Assembly (NCBI GenBank): GCA_951406725.2
Contig: OX597815.1
Span: forward strand, 29,264,001 to 29,328,000
Direction: 5' to 3'
DNA: 64,000 nt
Source of the DNA: Octopus vulgaris
Lineage: Eukaryota
Shown: positions 25,385 through 38,490 of the stretch, one piece after another
Layout of the letters: every line of letters starts with the position of its first letter
Position numbering within the stretch: position 1 is the stretch's first letter
Translations under genes and position numbers: made by a program
The notes under the pieces: generated by a model
Told to the model about the DNA's origin: nothing
The model's input: only the letters and a program-made list of their open reading frames with translations
The model's database searches: none

Positions 25385-25580
25385 AATTTATAAACAAGGA
25401 CAAAAGAAAAAAATTCTAATGCCAAATATGCCGAAAATAGACAAATCGTCAATAACCATATAAATTTATCACTATAAACGAGACGCGTGCTTATAGCAAT
25501 AAATTATATGGTTATTGACAATTTGTCTATTTTCGGCATATTTGGCATTAGAATTTTTCTTTTGCCCTTGTTTATAAGTT
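25385..25580. repeat. Long palindrome, ~90-bp arms and 13-nt spacer
   Basis: ttataaacaagg..ccatata..ctataa / ttatag..tatgg..ccttgtttataa, abutting a long (TA)n. Confidence 0.9.

Positions 25581-25583
<3 letters not shown>

Positions 25584-25678
<95 letters not shown>
25584..25678. repeat. (TA)n microsatellite, longest of many TA/CA/GA/CAT tracts
   Basis: Read directly. Confidence 0.95.
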
Positions 25679-25679
<1 letters not shown>

Positions 25680-26859
25680 CACACACGTGTGTGTGTGTGT
25701 GATGGACACATTAGATGGGTGTTCATGTGAATGTATACAATTGACAAAATTAGGAGTAGAGGCTGTAGAAGAAGCAGTGATAGAATATGTTATGGTAGGC
25801 TATTGCTTATACAAGAAATTTCCATACTAGTTAGAATACATCGAAGGAGTGGAGTCCATTCTTCTTTTCTCTTTGAATATGTTTGCACATCTGAAATGGT
25901 GTGTTCTAAGACAAACAAACACATTTCAGACCATAAGCAAACTGTGGCCTGCAATTTTCAGAATTTCTGAATGATATGCCTAACAAAAAAATTACCTCGA
26001 ATTTTCTTAGTTGTGCAGCCCGCCTGATAAAGAGCCCACTTTTTGAAAAAGGTTGCCCTGCTTGGTTTAAACAATAACCAGAATATATAAGTAAGTTAGT
26101 GTGTAGATTATTTGCTCATGGGCCATGAGTTCTTTTGTGCAGTTGGTATTTTGTTTTTTCTGGACAAAACATATTATTCTATGTTGCCTCTGTTCCTCTA
26201 ATTATAAGGAATACCAGTTCGCCTGAGATATACTGATACCAATTCGGAAGGAAATTTCTTTCTTGTTTGTTTTATGCCATGGACTGAAGGTTAGCAGTAG
26301 TTATTACAAACTGTCTGGAGTTTACAATGCATCTATATTTTCTGTATTTTCAGAACTAGACGGCCTGCTTGAAAGTCAGTTCAAGCCTTGTCAATTGTCT
26401 TTCACGTTCTCCTGACGTTAAAATGTTTTCAATGAATTTTTCTATTCAAACCTACTGAAGGTATTTGCCCACCAACTATATTATACTTAAGGAGACTATG
26501 TGCTCATTTGTCCTGTTAGAAATAGCAGTCATATTTTCTTCAAATTTCATCTTAATGACTGATGTACTTCAAGGTACAGAGATGTTCATAGCTGCGCTGC
26601 AATGGTCTTGATATAGTTCTGCATAAGTACTGACAACTTGAGGCTAAACAAATTGTCACATTTTCTACAACCCGTACTAAACTTCTCACCACGCCTTTTC
26701 ACAAAGTGAAACTCATTTCATATTTACTAATCTTACCTATTGTTAAAAAAAAAAAAAAAGCGAAAAATGATAGGGGCAACATCCATTCTTTCAACCAAAT
26801 TATAAAAAAACTTCAGTTCCACTTTATTACAAACTATGATGCAAAAACAAAACCCATCA

Positions 26860-27400
26860 TATTTTCCGGAAGAGGAAATGGGATGTTGCGACGTTCATAC
26901 TTTCTTCAAGGTATATGAAATTCATGCTTGTTTGTTTTTTTAAAGAAGGAACGGGAATTTAGATTCATAAAGCAGAAATTGGGAAGTTGAGACATTCATG
27001 CCATCCTAAATGTATAAATGAAATAAAACAGTGACGCGCAGGGGGAGAAGTGTTAATAGAACAAAACTTTATTTGAGCTTTACAATGGTGTTATATCACC
27101 GACTTCAAAACGGAAAAAAAATAAACGAAAACATTTATTGCGAATTAACAACAAAAAATTCAAAAGTTGACAAGTCTCCTCTACGAAGGACGTGCTTAAC
27201 CGGAAGTTAAGTAAATCATACGCATGCCTAATGTGCACTTAACTCCTCCCTCCTCACACAGTCAACCAACCTAACTTCTCCCCTTTACTTTATGCCAGTC
27301 CTTTGCCAACCCAGTGGAGTAGTTGGTATCGGTGTTATTCTTTCGCGAGAGCCACTCGAACAGAACAGGATATATGCTAATTTCAGTGGTGGCTTAAGGA
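26860..27400 (+). promoter_or_regulatory. CpG-rich mitoferrin promoter region
   Basis: ETS/GABP site CCGGAAGT 27200-27207; partial NRF1-like CGCATGC 27221-27227; TTTCGCGAGA 27341-27350 (9/10 to the TCTCGCGAGA CGCG element); TTCCGGAA near 26864. Visibly more CpG than the flanks. TSS cannot be placed. Confidence 0.6.
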
Positions 27401-27677
27401 ATAATAGTCCAATGAGCGTCTTCATTCACTCTATGACGGCACCACACTCTAATTTTGGTCGTTTCTAAACTCACTTTTCTCAGAAAGGTAAAAAAGATAA
27501 AACGCAAAACAAAATTAATTATATGTATATATAGTTATTCCAAAATGTTTTTTCACCACACTCTTATTCGGAACATAAGTGTTAAACAACAGAGATCAAG
27601 GTAGAAGCCGATCACACTTTCTTTCCTTCTACCTTTTTCTCTCTCTGGCTTGAATTTCTATTACAAACTCTGAACGA

Positions 27678-27704
27678 ATGAAGATTGTCTTTATTATCAA
27701 TTGA
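27678..27704 (+). promoter_or_regulatory. 8-codon upstream ORF (MKIVFIIN*) in frame with the mitoferrin ATG
   Basis: ATG AAG ATT GTC TTT ATT ATC AAT TGA GAG ATG read directly. Presence in mature mRNA unproven. Confidence 0.5.
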
Positions 27705-27707
27705 GAG

Positions 27708-27908
27708 ATGCTGGTCGATGACAGTGGAGGTGGAGGTGTTGTTGTCAACAGCTCCTCTCCGACATCGTCTTTGGCATATTTGCAAAGGGTCGACGACAAC
27801 CCCTATGAAGCGTTACCGTCAACTGCCAGAAATGTGACTCACATGATGGCAGGTGCTGCTGCCGGGATTTTGGAGCACACCGTTATGTACCCGATCGACT
27901 GTATCAAG
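27708..27908 (+). CDS. SLC25A37: Mitoferrin (SLC25A37/28 family), coding exon 1
   Basis: MLVDD...YEALPS...[24 protein letters not shown] matches the mitoferrin N-terminus and first carrier motif PxDxxK. Donor AAG|GTATAT at 27909, phase 0. Symbol is family-level; an invertebrate copy is co-orthologous to SLC25A37 and SLC25A28. Confidence 0.95.
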
Positions 27909-30119
27909 GTATATACGTCAACTTTTCTCTTTCTCTCTCTCGCACACACTTACATGCACTCTCATTAAGACATCCTACCTGTTAATCAGATTCCACTCTT
28001 GCAAAGAATTCTTTCAGCTTTTCGCCCCATTCACTTATTCCATAGATTACCACCAATTCACACCGGTCTGTTATTTTAACTTTAGTTAACCTTTAATTCT
28101 CACAGTTATTTTACCAATTAGCTGGTGACATTTCCTCCGTATCTACTGTAACTTGGACACGTTTTCACCCACGTTTTATAATCTTTTTTTTCTTAGTATG
28201 TTCTTCAAAGTTTACTATACCATAAAGGACCTTGCTTTCTGTACGAATAAGGCCTCGTTATTGCATCAATTCAACGTGTATTACTTTCATTTATTCAGGT
28301 TTATTGCTATAATCTTAACGGCTAACGGTATTAGTGTGCCGGTATTAATTCAACAAACCCTGTATGCTCGTATTGTAATTCAATATTCTTTGTACGATGA
28401 TATATAGATATGATTTTCCCCTACCACATGGTTAACACCTATGAAGGTCGTCCTTGATGTTTCGGTCACTGACTTAAAAGTTTTCTATTTAGAATAGCTC
28501 TTAATTTCCCGATTGCAGCGCCAATTGCTTTGTCTAGATGGGTTAAACCATTTCGACCTTCACTAAGGTTGAAGTGTTTAGTTAACTGTTGGTATTAGAT
28601 TACTAAACAACAAAAGTATCGGTAAAATGGCTGCACTGTTCTCATAACAAACTAGTCAAATAAATGTGTCCCCAAGTGATTTGATAGAGGTTATTCGCTG
28701 TTGAAAGCCGAGCTAATTATATCCATTCCAACTATCTCCCCACTTAGTTTACATGTGCCAGTAGTTAATAACTAGGTGAGTTTATTAGTGGCAAGGTCTA
28801 CTACAAACGAAAGATTGCCTTTATAGTTATTTAAAATGTGTTAGAAATATCTTTATCACTATTAAGTTTTAGTTTGTTTTGACATAGTAATAATTCCGAC
28901 TGAAAAAATCTCATGTCATTTTACTCTGATCGCTAGAAACAACAGTTTAACTCATAGTGTCTGCTTCATCGAAATAAACATCTCTACATCCCTCTCTGAT
29001 TTTGTCCCTCAACTGCGTATTCCGTGATTCTGTGTAATAAACAATATAGTTGATTGTTCTTTTCATTAGTGTTTGATAGATATGAAATAATAATAATAAA
29101 AGATGTTTACTAAGCAGTTTATCTCTCAATAGCGGCTTGTGCCTATATTAGATAGAAATCAATATTCTCAAGTTTACAAACACATGATCCTGGCCTATGT
29201 TCTGTAAGTATGTTATATAACATGAACACGTATTCAATAATACATCTCCACATCCAAGAATTTAATGTCCAGTGACAACAGTTGGAAATCCGAGCAGTAA
29301 TTAACATTTTTTCAATCTATATAAAGATTTAACTTTGGGAAAATTATTTTTAATGTTAGGGATGTTATTTGTGAATGTTCAAGTCTGTTGTAAACGTGAG
29401 TTGAGTTTCTCTTAGCACCACGTGGGGTGCTGTTTTACGCACTATTTTCTCGATGTATTTTCTGAACTGAATGTGTTAGTGAAATTCATTTCATTTTGGA
29501 GATTGATTGCCTCAATTCTTCTCAGAATTGATATTAAGCTGAGTTTATTTTTGAAAAACGTCTGAAAGAAAACAGTGTATAAAATAGTGATGTTAATGTG
29601 TACACACACACTGGCTGATTACCAGGCGTAACTACTCGATATTCCGGACGCCATTATATACATGTGTGTGTGTATATATATATATATGTATATGTATATA
29701 TGTGTATATATATATATAGTGTGTGTGTGTAGGTATGATGCTTATGTTAACCCTTGACGAATTGCTATCATTTTGTGACGTAACTTAGTTAAATCACGTT
29801 TCCATGTTTGATGTCCACTTTATGAATATTTTTTTCTCGACATGTCAAAAACAAAAACAAAAGATTTCGTCTCCGTTAGACATTTCAAGGAGACTATCAA
29901 ACATTTGCCACTTCAGCTCATCTCATCTCCATCTCATTCTCTCTCTCTCTCACATACACACACACACACACACACACATTATGTATGTGTATGTGTAATC
30001 GTATTAGCCAAATCAATACAACATGCTCCAAGTAGAATTCATTTATTGTTTAATAGTTGACTTGGTTAATACGATTGGATATGAAACAACGGTTTAAAAA
30101 TTATCAGTAGACCTAATTT

Positions 30120-30740
30120 TGTTATTGTTGAGTCTCAGGTCAGCCTTGATCGAGTAGGCTCATGATGAAAGGTGTGTCGGCCTTGACCAACCTGTATTTT
30201 TGTATATCCAGGAATTCATTAACCGGTGTTTTTAATGTTATTCTCTAATAAGACTGCAAGGTCTGATTTGAGGGAAACTTCGCTGATATTTTTTAGGGAT
30301 CGAGTGACTGTCTCGTGCTGTGGTTCTCAATCGGGGTCCATATAAGATTTTGTTGTTAAAATTTATTTGCAATGAATTGGTTTATACTTCTATAACTCAC
30401 AAACTATTTAACAATTTTTAAAATGTAGTTCCTTATAATATTTAATTATCAAAATATGATGGGATTTTTTTAAACACCGAATGACTAGCAGTAGAATAAT
30501 CTGAGTAAAATAACCGAGGATCAAAGTGATCCGAAGGTTAAAAAAAAAAAAATGATTGGTCTAGAAGCTCTTGGAGTTCTTTCTTTAAGTCAACCGTAAT
30601 TGAACAGACCTTTGATAAATGACTTTCCGACCATGACCATGTGTGTTTTTCCCTTTTTTATGATGATGGAATGTGATTCGAGGGCAGATTGCTATTTCTA
30701 ACAAACCAAACGGCCTGGCAGAGGTGTCTCCGTTGTCTCA
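30120..30740 (+). repeat. Old dispersed ~200-bp repeat family (two copies here; others near 19460, 26500, 33770, 48770, 50590, 56290, 57740)
   Basis: Shared segments caggtcagccttgatcgag...atgaccat and gatttggctgctatttctagc. Class unresolved. Confidence 0.55.
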
Positions 30741-31714
30741 TTTAGAAACGACATGACCTCCCACATTTACGTTTTGAGTTGGAATTTAGTCGTTATTGAC
30801 TACTTATGCCGATAAAACAAATAGCTACGTTAGTTGCATTAAAACAGATTTCGGTGACTGAACTCTTCCCATCTAATTGAACGTATAAATGTGTGGCGTT
30901 TTGCTTACTGGTTAAATTCATTCATTAAAACCTTACGCCTTCCGAAAGTTATACTTAATGTAAGGCAAAATGGTTCTATGAAACTTATTTCATGCTTAAA
31001 ATCTGAAATTGGTACAGGCCTCTAGTTATTAGATGACTTGTTCAGTGACTACCGGAATATTTCGCAATCAACTTTCATTCAAATGTTCTAATGCATTACA
31101 TAACACTGGGAACGACCTGTTTTGTTTTTAACAGCTCGCAAAGGAATTCCTTCGATTATACTCCCTCTAGTCACACTGATGAAATTAGTATTTCTCGTGT
31201 CATCCTTCGGGTTCACAAAATTTGCCGTTGGATCAGTCGTTTGGGATACTCATTAAACTTGATGTAAACTTTAAAAAAAGTTTTTTTCTTTCTCGCGAAT
31301 TAATTTGTCGATAATCGATAGTGAACGTCAGAAATAAAGTTTCTTGTGAATTAGGATGATTATTTTTGCTCGTTGGCGCCATAAGAAGCTAACTTGTCAA
31401 ACTGTATTTTTTTATTAGGTATTTCTCATTTAGATCTTCGTGAACAAACAACAGTAATTGTTACCTTGTTTTAGCATATGTATTGGGATAGACCTTTTGT
31501 CGTAAGTCGAGGCACAGGCAATTTAGTGGCACGACTAATGATAATGCTTAGTGTGTGTGTGGTGAGTACCCTGGTTTTTAGATTAGGCACACTGTATCCT
31601 CGCGTCTCGTTAAGAGGCACTAGGAAAGGCATCCATTCCTTACCACAATCTGCTTCAAAACCAAAATCCGTTCCACTCTATACCGCATGGAGAAAAGTGG
31701 ACGTAAACATGTTT

Positions 31715-32099
31715 ATATATGTTACGATCAAGAAGGCGAATCACATTGACCTTTTTGTGCGCACAGTTTGTGACAGACCATGCCTTTCTTTTGCTGGGCT
31801 CAAATCTCATTTGCGAACATATGGAAAACGAACTTCGAACTATTCTGCCTCTATGTCTGTACACACCTTTCAGTGCAATGTATGCCAAAAGGTCTGGAAA
31901 TCTAATGGAGGCCTCAAATGATATTTTAAGATCCACAAAGATCGGAACTTAACTACAGCTCTTGATGGTCCAAAATCGGATATGCAGTCAATGTGGGTGT
32001 CTTTTCAAAACATTGGTTTAAAAAGCCACATCAGATGCCATAATGGTTCTAAAGTGTAGATACAGGAGGTGGTCAAACTCTGTATAAGGAGTAGACAAC

Positions 32100-32102
<3 letters not shown>
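31715..32102 (+). mobile_element. Probable RTE-type LINE 3' end encoding three decayed C2H2 zinc fingers
   Basis: VCDRPCLSFAGLKSHLR; CNVCQKVWKSNGGLK*YFKIH; CSQCGCLFKTL..LKSHIRCH; then stop, short UTR and (TA)n. Preceded by a SINE-like RTE-tailed segment (~31480-31710). Confidence 0.6.
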
Positions 32103-32147
<45 letters not shown>

Positions 32148-33021
32148 TCATCATCATCGTTTAACGTCCGTTCTCCATGCTAGCATGGGTTGGACGGTTC
32201 GACCGGAGATCTGGGAAGCCAGAAGGCTGCATCAGGCTCTAGTCTTATCTGGCAATGTTTCTAATATATATATATACACACACACACACAGATAGTTCCA
32301 ATAATAATTGAAGTTGCTCCAGTATCGTGCGTTTTTTATAACAATTTTGAAAGTGAAAGTTGATGTCGATTTGGAATGATAACCATAATTGTGTGATATC
32401 TCGGTGTAGACAGTCCCAGTTCCATAGCCAATTCTGTTTTCGAAATAGGCAATCTGTTTTCTTTTCTCGTGTCATTGATATCTATCTATCTATCCATCGA
32501 TCGATAGATAGCATTTACCAATAAGTAGTTAGAGCTAATTATTATATAGATGTGTGTGGTGTGAATATCACTCACCGCCCGATACATTAGCCTACTCCAA
32601 TTAACTAGTTTTTGTTACGAAAAAACTCTATTAATGTATGAATGTATATGTGTGATAGGCCTGAAAGTTGATAAAAGTTCAGTGTTTCTCTGACCCACCT
32701 CATATAGCTCTCACTCATACTATATCAACTTCCGACTAAAGAAGGGGAGACTACAAACTTCTCTGCACTAAACAACAGGGAGTGTCTTTCACATAAGACG
32801 CATTGTTAAAATTTTACACGTTCATTCATCTTTTATCTGACTGCTACATTTTACTATACTGTATTGATATTATTTGTTCTGTTGATTATATAATCTGGAG
32901 AGTGTCTTTCAATAGTCGATCACTTTTAACGTCACCTTTTGTTTACTCTGTTCTCATTATTTATCAATGTATTAATAATTATATAATTATTAGTATTTAG
33001 TTAGAGTACATATTGCGATTG

Positions 33022-33078
<57 letters not shown>

Positions 33079-35760
33079 TATATGTGTGTGTGTGTCTTTG
33101 TAATATTTACTATTCAGGAAAAAAAAATGTGAATGTTTGGTATTCTAAATTTTAAGTAATTTTGTAAAGCCACCTGTTGCCTAAATATATTGGCTTTGTA
33201 GACTCAATTTACAGAAATTGATCACTAGAGCTAAGTTACTATAAGTTGTCAAATTTCAGAAGCTTTATATAGTTATTTGGTTGTTACACTAGATTTCCTT
33301 ATTTACTTTAAGTTAATATTTGCTTCGACCTTATTATCAGTATAGTTATTTCGTTGAGTTACATCAGGCATCCTACTTGGGATATGGAGGAAACTTTTAA
33401 AACTGTTTATGAGAACAATGTAAAATTTTAGAGTATGATTTTTAACTTATATTACCAGCAGTTAATCTGTAACGCAATTACAATGAAATGACAAAAGGTT
33501 GGCATTAAAAGGAAGCCGTTCAGCTGACCTATTCAATGTATAAATTAATCAGTGTATACGTATTTATAACAAAAAGTATAGAAACAATCCATACAACTGT
33601 CATGGAGACGAAAAAGCAGCGTGAATTTTATAATTGGTGTGTGTTAATTTGTTTGAATATTGTGGAATGTTTATTAAATATTTTCAAACAAGGTTAGGAT
33701 AATCTACTGGATGGATCTGCTATTGTTTTTTAAAAGAATTTATAGACTACAGATAAATGGATGATGGGTGTTGTTTTTATCCACAGGTCAGTCTTGATTT
33801 TAAGCGAACTTGTGGTCAAAGACACCCCAGCCATGACCATCTTGTTCATTTTCTAGGACATATTTAGTACTATATTAGGTTGATATATAGACACATTTTT
33901 TTTCCAAAATATCACCCGGGCGCGGATCTGTATATTAACCCTATATTATCTACTGTGTCTTTTTTCTGTAAGATAGAAAGGAAGATTTAGCTGCTATTTT
34001 AGCATGTCGAGTTATTGCGTAGGGAGTTCCTGCTTTCGAAATTTGTTGTATTTGTTTTTTAAATTTTTAAATATAAAGTAGCGAATGAAGTGTTTGGAGT
34101 GATTTAAAAGTTTTTTTATTATTATTATTTATAGTGGTTATTGGTTTATGTTGTATATGTAACTTTGTCTAGTAGCTGAGTGACTGATTATGAAGACTTG
34201 GTTCCATTCGTAGCCCACTGTAGATATAGATGCATTGACAAACCATCTCTATTAGGAATGTCTCTGGACAGCTTAAATATTTTCATCATTTGAGGTTCTG
34301 CTTCTTTATAGGGATTACTTAATATGAAAAGGTTGACTTATTTATTTTAAGCTGATGACAAAATGTTGTAACACCAACTTTACTGTTTTGAATTGGGAGA
34401 GCAAGATAGCTGAAAGAATTAATGTTAATCTTCAGTTATCCAAAATATATTGGGAAGATGTCATTCTTGAGAGAAAGACGGAATATTTAACCCATTGTTT
34501 TATAGATATATGTTGGTGTGTAGAAAGAGTTCTATAGAATTTTTTGGTAGTAATATACAAAGCAAACCAGTTGAGTGGCTGTAGTATCTTTTATGATAGA
34601 GATTGATGTGTTATTTCAAATTTTAGTTCAGTTCTTTAATGTGGAAAGAATGGAAAACGCCCAATTCTTATAGTGTGACTTAAATATACTTTCGAATCTA
34701 TGTTCTTCTAGATAAACTAGTAATGATTATTGTAATCATTTATTATTAGATCTGTGCTATGAATATATAATGTGCTGAATTATTCAGTGGTATACATTTA
34801 ATTAGCTGTTCACATCTCCTGAAAAGAACTTAGAAAAAACACCGTTGAAACATATGATGTTTCAGAAATACCAAAGGTCAAATTCATTATGTAACGATTC
34901 AGAGTAATTCTACATTAAGTTTTGACTGTCAGGTAGGCTGTTGTACATAAATATGGTTCACTAATACTTGGTATATATTCTTGATTCTTGATCGAGATAG
35001 ATCTCAGTCTAACACCATGAGAGATCAAGGATCAATTATATTTATAAAATGTAAATAAATGTTATCTTTGGGAGGTTTTCATCTCTACATAAGCCGATGA
35101 AGTAGTTACGTATTTTGGTCAATAAAATTTCATGAAGTTATCTCTCTACTCAGTGAAATGAATAGGCACACAAAATGCAGTAGGATCTCTGGCAGGCTGA
35201 CAGAACTAAGTTTATAGAAGTGATATATGTACCAGTGTAGTCAGTAGTAATATAGTTAATAAACTGCTCAGCTAACTTGCTAGAAATAGTTGATGGTTTC
35301 TGTTAGCTAGTTATCTAATTACTACTGGAGGTGGCTGCAATGAGTTGCAGCTAGAGTAAGAAATGAACGAAAAAGATTAGGGAGTTGTTGGCAACAAAGG
35401 TTTTTCTCTCTTGGCAAAAAGTAGACAGTAAGAAGTGTAATGCTGCATGTTAAAGTGAGCCATGAGCATTGAATACAGAGGGGGGAAAAAAATAGTTGGT
35501 TGTGCAATGTTAACTTGCATGACAAGCAGAATACAAGTTATCTGAGAAAGTGGCAGAATATTAAAGACTGATATATGCAAGAGTGTTGGAATGGATAAGA
35601 AGTACTGAGTGAAAAAGCACGCTGTACTGCAACGATTAGGATGAGAGATAAGGTTGCATGTATTCTTATTCAAATCATGCCAGTATAAAGAGATAGGTAT
35701 TAAATAATAAATAAGGAAGATCTAATAATTCATCCATCTATAATGAATTTGAAGAGCCAA

Positions 35761-36176
35761 AGGCGGCGAGCTGACAAAATCGTTAGCGCGCCGGGTGAAA
35801 TGCTTAGCGGTATTTCGTCTGTCGTTACGTTCTGAGTTCAAATTCCGCCGAGGTCGACTTTGCCTTTCATCCTTTCGGGGTCGATAAATAAAGTACCAGT
35901 TACGCACTGGGGTCGATGTAATCGACTTAATACCTATGTCTGTCCTTGTTTGTCCCCTCTGTGTTTAGCCCCTTGTGGGTAATAAAGAAATAGGTATTTC
36001 GTCTGTTGTTACGTTCTGAGTTCAAATTCCGCCGAGGTCGACTTTGCCTTTCATCCTTTCGGGGTCGATAAATAAAGTACCAGTTTCGCACTGGGGTTGA
36101 TGTAATCGACTTAATTCCTTTGTCTGTCCTTGTTTGTCCCTTCTGTGTTTAGCCCCTTGTGGGTAGTAAAGAAATA
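35761..36176 (+). mobile_element. Young SINE family B plus tandem 5'-truncated second copy
   Basis: ggcggcgagctgacaaaatcgttag...; second unit restarts at ggtatttcgtctg (~35993). Confidence 0.9.
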
Positions 36177-36712
36177 TATATGAATTTGAAGAGCCATATT
36201 TACAAAAAAACTTAAAATTATTGGAGCATATCAAATGATGCAAATGCGTTATGGACAAGTACATTGATTTGATGATTAAAAATAAGGAAGTCAATGATCT
36301 TTGTTTTTTATACACAAATACATTTTTATTGATATATCATTTATGTTAAGTGCAAAACTTCTGTCCTATTTTATACAATATCCTACTAATACATATTTCA
36401 GGTCAGAATCAGTAACATAACTAATTAATGTTCCTGTTACTACTGATAATTGTATTCCCCCACCCCACCCAAATAAACATGGTTGTGTTGTGAAGATAGT
36501 TTCATTACAAAATGTACTCCAAAAAAAGTGATATGCATGTACTTATAGTGTCATATTGACATGAGGTTGGTAAAAATCCTGACCTAATTTCATGTTTTGT
36601 ACCAGATCTCAAGTTCACTTTAAAAAAGCAAAAAAAACAACAAAAAAAACGTATCTCTTAAGAAATCTCTCATCTCAGGTCACTAATAGTTTGAGTTAGA
36701 TTTGCTCAAACC

Positions 36713-36751
<39 letters not shown>

Positions 36752-37513
36752 TGTATAGTTATCTCCAGGTTAGGGTGGAAGAGAGAGACGATCCATATAT
36801 GGCAGTATTTTTTACAAACTCCTCCCTCTGCCTCCACCTGTTACATACACATCTCTTACCTATGCGAGAAATGGTTACAGTGCCTCAGTACTTGAACTAT
36901 AATTTTTCTGCAGCTAGTGAATATTTTACTAAAGTATTATGTAAAAACAAGAAAGTTTGCTCCCAAACTACATGCTTCTGGGTTCAATCCCACTGTGTGA
37001 CACTTTGGGCAAGTGTCTTCTTCATATGTGTGTCCGTTTGTCTCCCACCACTGCTTGAAAACCATTGTTGGTTTGTTTACATTCCTCTAACTTAGCAGTT
37101 TGGCACGAAAGTTTGATAAAATACTTAACTTTAAAAAAAAAGTACGGGGGTTGATTCTTTCAACTGAAACCCTTCAAAGCAGTTCCCCAATTTGGCCACA
37201 GTTAATGACTGAAGCAAGTAAATTATAAAAGATAAAAGAATTGATATTATGTCCTATAACTTATAGTCTATTTATATTCAAATGTTACAAAGAAATACCG
37301 ATGATGCCATGTGCTTTCTTGTATTGAATATTTAACTGCATCGTGTTTTAATGTATAACTTCAGTACTAAACTAAGTAATTGAAAATGTCTATGGTTTGT
37401 TGTTAATATAATTATAATTTTCTAAGTAATTAATTGTATATGTGTAAATGGTTTGGTGGATAAGAATGAAATAAAAGTTCCCAGTTTGAATCTAATCTGC
37501 GATTATGAAGACA

Positions 37514-37867
37514 TCTCTATATATATAAACAGCAAAATGTCTGTCTATGTGTGTGTCCTTTATACAAATCCACAATTTTTTAGTTAGAGGGCTCGCACTT
37601 TCTCTATGGTCATTCAAAACCATCCAAGGGTGGTCGTGCACATCTTTACATTTCCCCAGTCACCCCACAAAGCCATTAAAAAATCAATAGAAGTGACTTT
37701 TTTGTGAATTTTCTATCCAAAACCCTATCAAAATGCCCGAAACTTGATACGCTAATTGAATGCCAGCTAGCTGTATGTGATTGGTCGGAGATTTGGACAG
37801 TACTCGTGTGTATGTGCGCATGCATGCACTAGAACTATGACCTGGCAAAACCGGGTCAGAGTGCTAG
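37514..37867 (+). mobile_element. Complete non-autonomous Helitron
   Basis: A|TC 5' end, CTAG|T 3' end, subterminal hairpin tgacctgg-caaaa-ccgggtca (37838-37858). Confidence 0.85.
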
Positions 37868-38240
37868 TCTAGAAATAAAACACCTGATTACAATCACCAA
37901 TCACATCGTAAAGATGTAAATATTTATTCTAACGATTAGGTTGAATAGTCTAATAAAATTGTAATCTTACTTCGTGACTTCTGAGAAACTGTAAAAGTGT
38001 GAGCCAGCAATAAAAGCGTAACCAGTTTGTTGCAGTGTAATGTACTGGTCAATTTTTGTTTGCTCTCTGGTAAAATACCTACTGATATTGCTTTGTATAC
38101 TTGAGAGTAAGATTTATGTCCCTTTTATATTTCAATCTTTTAGATTCAGGTCAAGTTGTGTGGTTGTAATAACCAACTATAACCCCATTCCAAAATATAA
38201 AAGTATGGTCTCTAATTATATTAAAATTCATTAATAAACT

Positions 38241-38490
38241 TATATCTTTGGCATTTAAACCAGCCATATCTGGCCCAAATATTCTACCTGTTTTTCTGTT
38301 CAGATTTGGCCTCTCACACTTACCCTGCAATATCGTTCTAAATATAAACCGTCATAATTTGATTGCTACAAAATATGTCTTGATTACTACAAGAATTCTT
38401 GAAGCTATGAGATAATGCATGATTAATTAAAAAAAATGTGATTATGTAGGCATTGCGTATGACAGGATAATCTGAATGCTAGAGAGTTAA
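38241..38490. mobile_element. Old piggyBac-type MITE (second copy ~51194-51414)
   Basis: Two homologous copies; decayed ccctttagcatt...aatgctaaaggg termini with TTAA-like flanks. Confidence 0.6.

Noticed and set aside
27306-27392. CAGTG motifs in the 5' leader as iron-responsive elements
   Set aside because: The five bases either side of the loop do not pair and the sixth loop base is G; no canonical IRE.
31175-31200. CTGATGA here (also near 45733 and 49652) as further hammerheads
   Set aside because: No correctly placed stem II-GAAA-stem III-NUH-stem I arrangement.
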